NCBI GenBank assembly: GCA_030248215.1
Contig: JASANG010001881.1
Location: 62,001 to 126,000 of the forward strand
Reading direction: 5' to 3'
Source: Enoplolaimus lenunculus
Taxonomy: Eukaryota
DNA: 64,000 bases
Made by a program: the position numbers and the translations under genes. Below, one piece after another: positions 26,694 through 38,100 of the stretch. Below the pieces are notes generated by a model that worked only from the letters and a program-made list of their open reading frames with translations, was not told the origin of the DNA and made no database searches. Numbering within the stretch: position 1 is the stretch's first letter; the number at the start of each line of letters is the position of its first letter.

Positions 26694-27618
26694 AAAATTT
26701 TAGAGACAACTGGACTGTGGTAAAAAACTAAATTGTAAATAGCCATAAGCTTTAAAGGTCATACTCAACACACTTACTTGCCGTCCATGTTCCACTGGTT
26801 CACATTGAGGCATATAAGATGTTTTATCACAAACCTCCATTCGTGTATTTGATTGACAAGATAGCGTGGAGCTGAACGAAGATGATTTTTCGATTAGCTA
26901 AGTAATTTTAATTAATTTTTATTAAGTCTAAAATAAATGTTATACATTTTTCGATAAATGCCTGCTGTTGAAGCGTATATTTCTATTGGCAAAAAAGCTA
27001 GAATGTGTTACTTGGGCATCGTTCCATACATTTTTTGTGTTTATAAGCTTTATGACAACAATTTTTATCCCACTGATCCACAAATATAACGAAAATTAGC
27101 TTGCGACATTATTTAGAAACCTCGGTGTTTCTAAATATTGCACCCATTTCGGATAATTTACGTAGTGATTTCTGAAAACACAAGATTCAAAACGAATTTC
27201 TGAATATAGTAAAGTTTAAAAAAAGTGCCGGCGCAAACGCACTTTTTGATAGGGGGCCGATCCTTACGGGTCTCCCCTTTGGCAAACTAAAAAAATTTTT
27301 TCGCTAACCACGAAGTTACAGAGTTATAACACATTTTACTGGGGCCTCATTCGGACCTGTATGGCGGAACCGAATATCTTAACGGCGGCCCTGGTTTTAA
27401 GATTACCGTTAAAATACTCCAATTTAATTATTTATTTGCTAAAGTTTGCTTCAGTTTCGCTTCCGGTTCCGGTATTTTTTATCTTTGAGTGCATCCTGTT
27501 TCGTAGCTTGACTGGTTTAAAGTGTATCGAGTCGTCTATTTTAGAGAGGCGCAATGATTGTCGTGAGGCGCCCGTTTGACGCCATCCGTCACCGTCTGTA
27601 CCCTACTTCACTATGACT

Positions 27619-28386
27619 GGCCCATGTAAAGATCTGGGGCGAAGCGTTTTTCTGTGGGACTGCAAAAGAGTAAGCTTAAGCTTTAGACTAATTTTTTTGC
27701 TTGGCTCACGCGTAGGCTTAGGAATAAACTTATTCTTACGCTTAGGCTTAGGCTTAGGCTTAGGAATAAACTTATTCTTACGCTTAGGCTTAGGCTTAGG
27801 TATAAACTTATTCTTACGCTTAGGCTTAGGCTTAGCTTAGGAATAAACTTATTCTTGCGCTTAGGCTTAGGCTTAGAAATATGCTGATTCTTAAGCTTAG
27901 ACGGCCATTTGTCTTTTATTTTTTACTTTGAAATTTTAAATTTTTCCAGCCTTAAGTTTTGAGCAAAGCTTCGAATTTTGCAATTAGGCTTAGGTTACCG
28001 TTTACCTCCTTAAAAGTATTTACGTTGACCAGTCGTTTAGCAGCCTTATAATTAACTACAAATTGTAAAGGGAATTGAAAACAGTTTGAGGCCGATTTAA
28101 AGATCAGGGGCGGAACGTTTTTCTGTAGGACTGTAATAGAGCAAGCTTAAGCTTTAGACTAAGTTTTTTGCTTGGCTTAGGCTTAGGTTTAGACTTAGGA
28201 ATATACTCATTCTTACGCTTAGGTTTAGGCTTAGGCTTAGACTTAGGAATATGCTCTTTCTTACACTTAGGCTAGTCTTGTTTTAGGTTCAGGAATAGGC
28301 TCAGTCTTACGCTTAGGTTTAGTCTTAGACTTAGGCTTACGAGTATGGTTATAATACTGTTCCGCCCGCGTTCTTTTACATTGGCT
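27619..28386 (+). mobile_element. Two TTAGGC-carrying MITE subfamily A copies (27619-~27900 with expanded internal array; 28090-28386)
   Basis: The first copy has the left TIR and repeated GGAATAAACTTATTCTTACGC(TTAGGC)n blocks. The second has both TIRs and TSD CAGTTTGA/CAGGTTGA. Confidence 0.8.
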
Positions 28387-29706
28387 CAGGTTGAAAAAGT
28401 GCTCTATATATTTTTGAAGCCCTTTCATTTCATGTTATTTCAACATTGAACATATAATATAACCGAGGCTATCAACTGCTAATATCTAACAAGACTGACC
28501 CTTGCTGAAAACGCGGACGCCCAAGAAACGCATGTTTTAGGCAAACCCGTACATGTCCTACGTACCACAATCGCACTGAAGTATACGAAAGTACAGTAAT
28601 CGTGATCGAAAACATACGTTTACTCCTGTTTAATAGACTTCAAAGGGCCCGGTGTACATCCGTTCAACGGCTTAAAATATGCCGGAAGCGGAGATCAAAC
28701 AATTTTACTGCTTTCACAGGAATGTCGTTTAGTATTTTTTATAATTCGTCCTTCTAAATTAAGAGTTAACCTCTACTGATATTATTTAGGCATTCTGTTT
28801 GAAGTAATATATATACATATATAGTATATATAGTATATATGTACATATTTTAGCAACATATTTTGCTACTGAGAGCGAGGAAAATTCCATATTTGGTTTT
28901 AAAAAATCGACCTGCAGATTTTATTTACACTCCTCCCATGACCTTCTGGGCCCAAGTGGATTTTAGGTTCGTCCCATTTCAGCGCAGACCCAGATTCATA
29001 GAGTAAGTGGATTAGGCATTTATACTTGGATTTTGCTGACGCTTACGATCATGCTTAGCGTTTTGTTCAGTCCTGAAAGTAACAGTGGTCCATTTCGTAT
29101 ATAAAATGCATTTTTTGATAGACCTGTAAAGACTACATATTTCAAAGCCCATTCGATAACATATACCCACCAATTTTAATTCATTATATATTTTTAACCT
29201 TCAAACAACTCCTTTAAACTGCAAGTATATATATTATATATATAATATATTTATTTATTTATATATATTTATATATTATATATATTTATATGTATTTATA
29301 TGTAAATATATATAATATTCAAAAGAATTATATCAACCTATTCCTATATATGAATGGTTCACATAGGCCTTTTAGAACATTGCTGCTGCAACTCTAAAGC
29401 AGGGCCATGAGAGAGCCAGAGCTGATGTATGGCATTGGTTAGACTCAGTTAGGTTAAAGTTTACTGTACATTTTGCCTGAAAGTGTAAATATTTGGCAAC
29501 GGATCGAATTTCAGCTATACAGCGTCACGTGCCTAAACGAAGGTTTTAAACTCAGTGTTCAGTTGTTAGAGAGCTTCTATTTTCTTTCGCTTTGTCTCTG
29601 TGTCTGTGACTGAACGCCATAACGCAGATTGAGATGGCTCGTAGGGATGGGTCGTTGAAAAGCGATTAATATGTTCATTTTCGGCATGGCATTAGCGAAT
29701 CATTAA

Positions 29707-29969
29707 CCCTTTCTCACATTGAGTTGCCTGTAGGCAACTCAGCGCAGTGTATGTACGTTAAATACTATATATCGCACCGTGTCTAACAGTTGCAACACGT
29801 ATACATAGTATTAAATCACCACAAGACGTGAGAGCCCCCTCGGGCTCGAGCGTCAAGCTGCTATAGCTGAGTGGTGACGGCATACGCCTCCCACTCCAGT
29901 CACTGGAGTTCGAATCCTAGCATAAAAGTAGGTCTCAGGGGAAATAGAAACTATTCATGTGAGAAAGGG
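29707..29969 (+). mobile_element. piggyBac-like MITE (TTAA TSD, CCCTTTCTCACAT TIR) with an internal tRNA-like A/B-box segment
   Basis: TTAA|CCCTTTCTCACAT...ATGTGAGAAAGGG|TTAA, with internal TAGCTGAGTGG and GTTCGAATCC. Confidence 0.85.
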
Positions 29970-30911
29970 TTAACAATGATATAAAGGTGGGACTTCTCAA
30001 ATATAGATTTCTACGTCCCGTGCCCTCTCTGAATAAATCGAGGTACATCTGCGCGCTTGGTTCATAATTATATTGGTACTGAGAACGGCTATATGCATAC
30101 GTTACACTGTAAATTCCATACTGCAAAACATGGTGAGTCAAATTGACTCTCCGAAATAGGCTCTATAGGACTACACAAACTGAGTCAAAATTCGACTCCG
30201 CCAGGGTCAAATTTGACTCCCTGAGCGACTTGGGTGAATCGAATTTGACTCTAGCGGAATAATTCTAAATTGAATGAACTCATTATGAGTGAAAATTAAT
30301 CAACTCAGTCGGAATTAAATCAACTCAGAGCGAGTGAAATGTTTATGATTTTTTAACTCAGTAATAACCAGAAGTGACTAATTCGCCGTCTGAGTTGGAT
30401 CTCACCGGAATTTGCAGTGTAGGTTCTATTTCACATGCCCAAATTTAAAACCGGATAGCCGCTTTCAAGGGCAGATATAGACGGATGTTTAATGGATACG
30501 ATTGTACCCGTACTGTAAATTCCAGTTCGTTGATTTTAACTCACAATGAGTTTATATAATCACTCAGTCTGAGTTAGGACAATCAGAACTCAGAACTATG
30601 AATTGACTGAACTCATCCTGAGTTAATTTGTCTACTCACCATAAATTAAATCAGCTCAGAGTGAGGTATAATATCTACTGCTATCAACTCAGAGATTGCC
30701 AAAAATAACTAATTCTCTCTCTGAATTGATTAATCAACTCATTAGAAGTGACAGTGCGCCTCACTGAAGGTACGTAAAACTGAAATTTTGCGTTAATTAT
30801 GCTGAAATCGCATCTGGCTTTTCGTTTGCTTCCTTCGCAAGTTTTTCTTCTACAGGCTTCTGAATAAACCAATGACACATTTAATGAGTTCGAAAATGAA
30901 CTCGGGTTTAA

Positions 30912-31174
30912 CCCTTTCTCACATGAATATTTTCTATTTCCCCTGAGACCTACTTTTATGCCAGGATTCGAACTCCAGTGACTGGAGTGGGAGGCGTATA
31001 CCATCAACACTCAGCTATAGCAGCTTGACGCTCGAGCCCGAGGGAGCTCTCACGTCTTGTGGTAATTTAGTACTATGTATACGTGTTGCAATTGTCAAAC
31101 ACAGTGCGATATATACTATTTAACGTATATACACTGCGCTGAGTTGTCTACAGGCAACTCAATGTGAGAATGGG
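30912..31174 (-). mobile_element. piggyBac-like MITE, inverted copy
   Basis: TTAA-flanked reverse complement of 29707-29969. Confidence 0.85.
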
Positions 31175-32193
31175 TTAATTTAAAGGATTCAAAGATTATA
31201 TAGTGTATGGAGGTGGCCCAGGCAACAGTATAAAATGCTGTAATTTGTGTGAATTGATTTTATGTCACTCAAACGTTACCGTTTGTAGGTTGCGCACAAA
31301 TAAAAACCACCCTGTTCTGCTGGAACGGTATGGACGTCCATACCGTCTACCAGTCCTACGTTTTGTCCACTGGCGACATAGCTAATAAGCGGACATTTAT
31401 GAGTTCAGCGCAACGGTGTGCGGACAAAATTTATGTGGCAATAACGGTGTAGCTAGCTAAAGTTTTATCTTAAATGCTGACATCTCAATTTAGAGCACCA
31501 AAGATGCGTTTTATGTCGGCTAAACCATAATGCAAGTTTAATCAATGTGAAAAATTTAGTATTGTATAAGTCGCATAAAAACACTGTACCGGACATACAT
31601 TAGAAATATTGATAGCTATGCGGACATTTTTTCCTCAGAACAACGGTATCGAAGTGTCCGCTTTTATAGTTCAAGTAGCGGCGGACATTTATTTAGCTAA
31701 CTATACTGTAGGACGTTGCTCGTGCGCAGAGTGCTTTTAGTAACGTGTGACTGACATTAATTCAAAATAAATTGAATCTCCCTGAGTCGGAATCAGGACA
31801 TTCTGAACTTTACAATTACGAGTTGATTCGATTCATTTGTGAGCTAATCAACTCACCGGGAATATGTAACCCCAGAGTTTAGTAGCTGACAACAGAATTC
31901 AGAAGTAATTAAACTCGCTACTCGAGTGGATTGATCAACACAACTTTGGAATTAATATTAGAACTTAAGACCGCTTTCAGATTTTATGTCTAAAGAGTTC
32001 CCAACTCCTGCGAAATTAACATTTTCCGGTGGGTGTCAACGCGTGTGGTGAATGCTCCGTAAACCTCAGATACCTCTCCTACCGAGAAACACTGGTTTCG
32101 CGACTCATCCTTTTTGTCTTTGGGTTATATCGCTACACTGCAAAAAACAGTGAGTTAAATTGACTCTCGCCGAAATACGCTCTACGGGACTAA

Positions 32194-32862
32194 TGCGGGG
32201 TTCACGTTATAACCCGGGCGCGGGACACGGTTTGTCCCATGTTGATTCGACGTCAACGTTAAAATTCGGGCTCTTATACGGGGTGAACAGACAAAACTTG
32301 AATGTCATATGACATTAACTTACAATCCACCGCTCTCAAGTGATCATTGTGTACAGGGAACGGTATGTCACGTGATAGGACATTTATGCGAATAGCATGA
32401 TATTCCAAAATTTTAGCGAATATCATATGATATTCAGCGAGACAGTGTAACCTTTGGGTACTAATTAATGAATAATAAGTTGAAAGGCAGCGGCACAAAT
32501 GTGCTTTAAATACCAAATACATGCCTGCAAACCGTTTCAGACACAAAATCGCTTAAAACCACAGCTTCAAAATTCAAAAATTCAAATTTCAAATTTTAGT
32601 ATGATATGATATTCAACAGGACAATTTGGGTATGTTACCTCAACTATGCAGACATTTGAAAATATATCATATGATAATCGGAGACAATACCTCGAATATC
32701 ATATGATATTGAAGGACAAAAGGTGACCTACACATGATATTAGCAGACAAATACGAATTTTTGAATACGATATGGGGTCTATAAGAAGACAAAGTATTAC
32801 CCAATAGTCTGATAGGGACAAAACGTGTCCCAAGCTGCCCCGGTTATAACGTGAACCCCGCA
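32194..32862. mobile_element. PIF/Harbinger-like MITE (TIR TGCGGGGTTCACGTTATAACC, TAA TSD) nested in a CACTG MITE
   Basis: TAA|TGCGGGGTTCACGTTATAACC...GGTTATAACGTGAACCCCGCA|TAA. Confidence 0.8.
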
Positions 32863-33336
32863 TAACTGAGTGATAATGTCATATTTGACTCTGTTGAATT
32901 GAATTTCACTCAGTTTGCCCGTAGAGCCTATTTCGGAGAAAGTCTACTTTGACTCACATTTTTACAGTGTATATATCGTGAGTGCGCTTGCGGAGATTTG
33001 AGCTCTCAGGGAAGGTATATAAAATTCGGTCAGGAGCAAGCAGAAACTTTTTGCTAAAGATAATCGTTATTGCCAATACATATGACATGACGATATGCAG
33101 TCTACGGTGCACATACATAAGCGTTGAAAGACAAAATACAAAATTTCAAATTCCATTTAAGATGATTGGCTGTTTTGCAAAAATAAAGAACAGATATTGC
33201 CACTCTTCAGCCAGTTGGTTTCTGCAGTTTGGGGCGAGCTTAAAAGGCATATGAACTGTTTTGTTTCATAAAATACTCCGGTACTGGCTTTAGCTCAGGT
33301 AAGTTTTGTTGATTTACAGCTCAGGATCCCGATTTT

Positions 33337-33483
33337 CGCCCATGTAAAGATCAGGGGCGGAACGTTTTTTGGCTTGGCTTTAGGCTTAGGCTTCTATGAG
33401 TAAGAATATGCTCATTCTTACGCTTGGGCTTAGGCTCAGGAATACGCTTATAATACTGTTCCGCTCTGTTTTTTACATTGACC
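33337..33483 (+). mobile_element. TTAGGC-carrying MITE, subfamily A
   Basis: TIRs present. TSD CCGATTTT/CCAATTTT. Confidence 0.75.
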
Positions 33484-33994
33484 CCAATTTTTCTCATCCG
33501 AATGCATCCTGCTACACGCGGCGCAGTACATTATATACTTTCTATTATTTTTATGCGATTTGCATTGCGATATTTTCAAATGTTTGCGGGTACCTATTAG
33601 TGGTTGGCAGGGTAACCTGTACATTTGTTTCTTGTAAAAATCATTGTCCGTTGTTTTTGTGCTTAAAATTAGATACAAGCTTTGAAAGTACACTCACTTG
33701 AGAATAGTGCTTTTAGTCGTTATCTAAGATTTACTTAGCTAGGTATCAATCTTTGTCAAGTTTTTGGTTTTTCGCGTTTGCTAAATTTATACGAGTTAAA
33801 CGCGCATTGGCTCTGAAATGCGCATGTATGAAGGCAAAATAAAACATCATGCTAATGCTGCACTCTGGTTAAACACTGATGGATATGTAGGACCTTCATA
33901 TGTAACTGCAGTAAAACATGGAAGAACCAAGATACAAGAGACTGTTGAAATTCTAATAAAGCATGAAAACCTGAAAACTCAGCAGCTGAGTGTT

Positions 33995-34086
33995 ATGCGG
34001 CGTGGCTCAGTGGTAGCGCGCTGGACTGATAATCTGTCGGTCATGGGACCGAAACCTCGTAAGAACGCCCCTTATTTTCAGCTGCA
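33995..34086 (+). other. Degenerate tRNA-like/SINE head
   Basis: GGCGTGGCTCAGTGGTAGCGCGCTGGACTGATAATC..., with a decayed B-box. Confidence 0.45.
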
Positions 34087-34289
34087 AGAACTCAGAAGTG
34101 AAAACCGTTGTACCCCTAGCGTACCCAAATTGTTGGCTAGTGTCAGATCGAAGTACAAGACCAGTGTCCAACGAGAAAGTTCTTCACTCCGCCTGTAAAG
34201 TGATTTTAAGATGTTTACTGCCTTGGCGTGCTCTAAACACTCCGTTAGGGGTGTGCACGCTTGAAGTTCGACCCTGTAAGTATGTGGGA

Positions 34290-34510
34290 CATACTTGTCC
34301 TTGTGCATATGCAATAAATGCAGTGCACATTGTGGTGTACGGTCGACAGATAGTCGACGAAAAAGGCAGTTGGAGAGGCGGGCTACGTGGCGCAGTGGTA
34401 GAGTGCTCGCTTAAGGATCCACAGGCTGAGAGTTCGATCCCCGCTCTAGCCCGCTTTTCCAGCTGCTTAGTTGTAAGGTCTGAAGTCCCGGTTCCTACCT
34501 AGACTGACAG
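34290..34510 (+). mobile_element. tRNA-derived (SINE-like) repeat with conserved 5' extension; copies 18570-18795 (-), 34870-35050 (-), partial 7740-7820
   Basis: A-box GTGGCGCAGTGG and B-box GAGTTCGATCC, followed by a conserved GCCCGCTTTTCCAGCTGCTTAG...CTACCTAGACTGAC. Confidence 0.7.
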
Positions 34511-35161
34511 ACCCATGCTACGTCAGCCTGCATTATTAGCTGCTTATTAGAAAGGTCAGAAGTTTCCAATTGTATTAACCTGACAAAGAGTAATCAAAAA
34601 TGCAGGTATATACAACTGAAAATAATAGAACGCAAGCCTGTTTGTATAAATTGTTTTCAACTGCGGTTTTTACCGACTTTTCAGGCTAATTTTCTAAGGG
34701 TTACTGCACGTTACGCACTCATATTTTCAACATGGTGGGCAGTCGTTCCGGAACGCCATCCTATTGTGCACTGGATACCGTGTTTAAAGTGTGGCAGTTT
34801 ACTATTGCATCCACTGAGTAGCCCCCATGTTAGTCTAGATAAAATTGATTGGGACATCAGATTTGTTTGCAAAGCAGTTGGAAAAGCAGGCTATAGGAGT
34901 GGCTCAAACTCTCGGCCTACGCCCTACAGATCCTTAGGTAAGCGAACCCTGTACCTATGCACCACACAACTCGCCTCTCCAACTGCTTCTATCCTTGATT
35001 GTATGCTGCCGGCTAGCATACATATATTGTACTGCACTATATTGCATATGGTTCAGCGTATTTTGAGAAACGTTACTGATAAACAATTCTTATGCCCGTC
35101 TGTAGATTCCTAGTCGGAAATATACTATTATACTCAGCTAAATATTATCAATCCGATCACG

Positions 35162-38100
35162 ATGGCGAAAAGAGATGACTGGATGCAGTGTGATTTTATT
35201 TCAGATACATCAGTCGATTTATTAGGATCAAGGGTAAACAAGAAATTCAATTCACACGAAGTGTCGATTTCTTTTTCTTTTCTTTCATTCTTTATTGGTG
35301 AACAACGTGCATATATAGAGGTCGGACGAGCAAGAGATAAAATTGCATTGAATATTACAACCAATAAAAATAATGTAATACACACATCGTGAGATAGGTT
35401 CAGAAATATGTTTTTCAGGTTTAAATTTCTGAAAATATGTAGTCGAATCACGTATACATTTTAAATTCAAAAGTTCCTGATTCTCCCTACCGAACAAGCT
35501 TCGATGTTTTATTTATTGATGTTTGAATGCTTGTGGGGTTGTGCAATAGTAGGTTTAGGTAAATGGTTTGTTGTTGAAGTAGGAATCGTTTTCGAGTATT
35601 CTGCAGTTCAACAATGTATTTTCTAATTATATATAATATATCAGCTGTTGAATATTACTTGTGTTTTATGATCGTTAAATTCAATATTAACAATTAACAC
35701 CTGATGTAATGTTTAAGGCTAAAAAAGACCAAAAGAAAAAAGTTGACGCACAAATACTCGAAGTGACGCTGAAAGGACGTGAACTCAATCCGAGCATTGC
35801 ATCTACCTTTCCAAAGCGTTAGCTAGCGTTTACTGATATTTAATAAACTTAATAACCCGCATAGATAATGTTAATTTACAATATAGTTTGGTTTAATATG
35901 CTTTTATTGAATTGGTACTTTTTGCTGAAATATATACATACGTCCGTCGTTTATTGAATGTGTACGTATTTCAAAGATGCTTTGTGTTGGTTACTCAATT
36001 GTGCACCGTTCGGTTGGTTGATGTGTTCCGTTCTATAAACCTGCCATATGTAACACTTTCACTTTAGAATATTTTAGACGAATGCAGACTTGGTGTGCGA
36101 GAACTTTGATCTAAATTCCGAGTACATTCCACGTTATAGTTGTAATCGAGTGTTTTAGATGCTCAGCAGGCGTCACCAGCAAGTCATTCGCAAACCGACG
36201 GGGGACTGTCGTGGCTTCGACGGGCGTTGGATAGGGCAAAGGAACAAGCTAAGCGCGAAGGACGATCCCTAGAAGATGTGGCTGCTGAACGGTGGGGTTC
36301 ATTGCAAAAATTGAACGATATGTTAGACGCATCCGAAACAAAACAAGGTAGGTGTATTTATTTGTTTAGAAAATTTAAATTAAAAGTGCTTGAAATTTTT
36401 ATTCTGGGATTTCCAGTTTGCTGGCAGTAACTGATTTCGATTTTAGATTTGGTTTTCAACTGCAGTCGTTAATAAAATCGTTTTAAATTTGTTTATGCAA
36501 CACGGTTTTGAGCAAGTAAATATGGAAAATAATGCATAACAGTAATTGTTCTACTGACGTTTATTTCTTTTACCCATGTACGTAAAACTTACAATTACTC
36601 GGTAAATATCAATGCCTATGTTAGTATACATATGTATTATTCATGGGTTTACAATTGTTCTAGATTGTAAGACAAATCAAAAAACTTGCCATGACTCAAA
36701 CTATTACAGACACAAATTTACGCGCCCGAGTGATGATAGCGCCAGTTTTAGACGCTCGTTGGGTGAACACAGTCGAGATACGAAAGCGTACGGGCTTGAT
36801 GACAGACATAAACGAAAAGAGACTGTTTCGAAATATCGTGAGGGAAATGAAAGCAGATGGAAAAAGAAAGGTGCGAGTATCCAGAAGAATGAGTGGAGTA
36901 CAGATCGAAGCCCGGAGAGATTGCAAGAAAAAGAACATGGTGCTAGTCGTGCTTCCTGCTCTAATGCTGGAAGAAATGAAGGCGACACGCGTGGAAATGA
37001 GTCTTCCGAGATGTTTCGAACTCCTGAAAGTTTTGAGATTAATGAAAATGGAAGCCTTGTGACAAGTAAGCCACTGCCGAGACAATATGCGTCTCGTTTA
37101 GGCGATATGAAACCAACTCAGTTTGTCACTTCAGTGTCTCGACCCGAGTTTGCTGGAAATGTTACCGATGACAGTGTCGATGCTCAGAACGGATCGGAAT
37201 CAGATGGTGAGGAATGTGGAAATATAGATAGCGAAGAAGACCAAAGGTCAAATAAAGAAATGTCGTTCAAAGTTAATAAAGATGAACTCAATCGATTGAA
37301 CGCGAAATTGATAAAAGCAGAAATGTTCGGTACGTATGTTAAAGACGTTGATTTATTACAAAATATTTTTGTGTTCCTGAACTATTAACTGCGTTTATTT
37401 CCTTACAAATAACTAAGAATTGAGCTAGCAAGCATATACTAATGTATGTCTGTCTTTATGTAAAAGTTGGTTAAGCTGAACTGATAAATTATAACTTATG
37501 TTTAATATCTATTGTAGTCCTGTGCAAATGATTCATATATATATGTAATTTTGTGCCAAGTTCAAAATGATGTGATGTTTTTGCAAGTAGTAACTGCGAG
37601 TTCTCGTTGCAAAAATTTGTACGTCTGAATATGGCTTAACAGTAAAACATTGATTTAACTAATATAGTGCAGATTAAATGGTAAAAAAATTCACATATTT
37701 CAAGTGATATGTTTTCAATATTTTGACAGCAAATTTTGCCAAAACTGATTCGTAATCGTAATTGCGGTGTATTTTCAAAATTATTTTCGTCTAAATATGT
37801 TTACTGAGCTCAACTTAGCATTGCTGTAATGTTAGTGATTGTTTAATAACATTAATTTTAGGTAAGACAAAGCTGATTGATAAGCTGAAGAAACAGATAG
37901 CGGAAATGAAATCAGGAACGTTCCTGCAAAAGTCTGGAAAAAGGAATGAACCAAAAATACAGAAACAAGGAAATCGTCCGAAAGATACCATATTGATGCA
38001 TGTTGATGATAGAACTGGGTTTGTAGCTCCTTACTACGATAAAAATAGTGCTGGTAAGGTTTTCGGTTTTTGGAGGGTTTGGCGCACATGTACAGTTGTA

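Noticed and set aside
27700..28340. True telomere or chromosome-fusion scar
   Set aside because: The TTAGGC runs are short, interrupted and enclosed by element TIRs/TSDs.
33818..34198. 126-aa ORF with faint resemblance to a retroelement C-terminal region
   Set aside because: Too little motif support, and the second half is a tRNA-like repeat.
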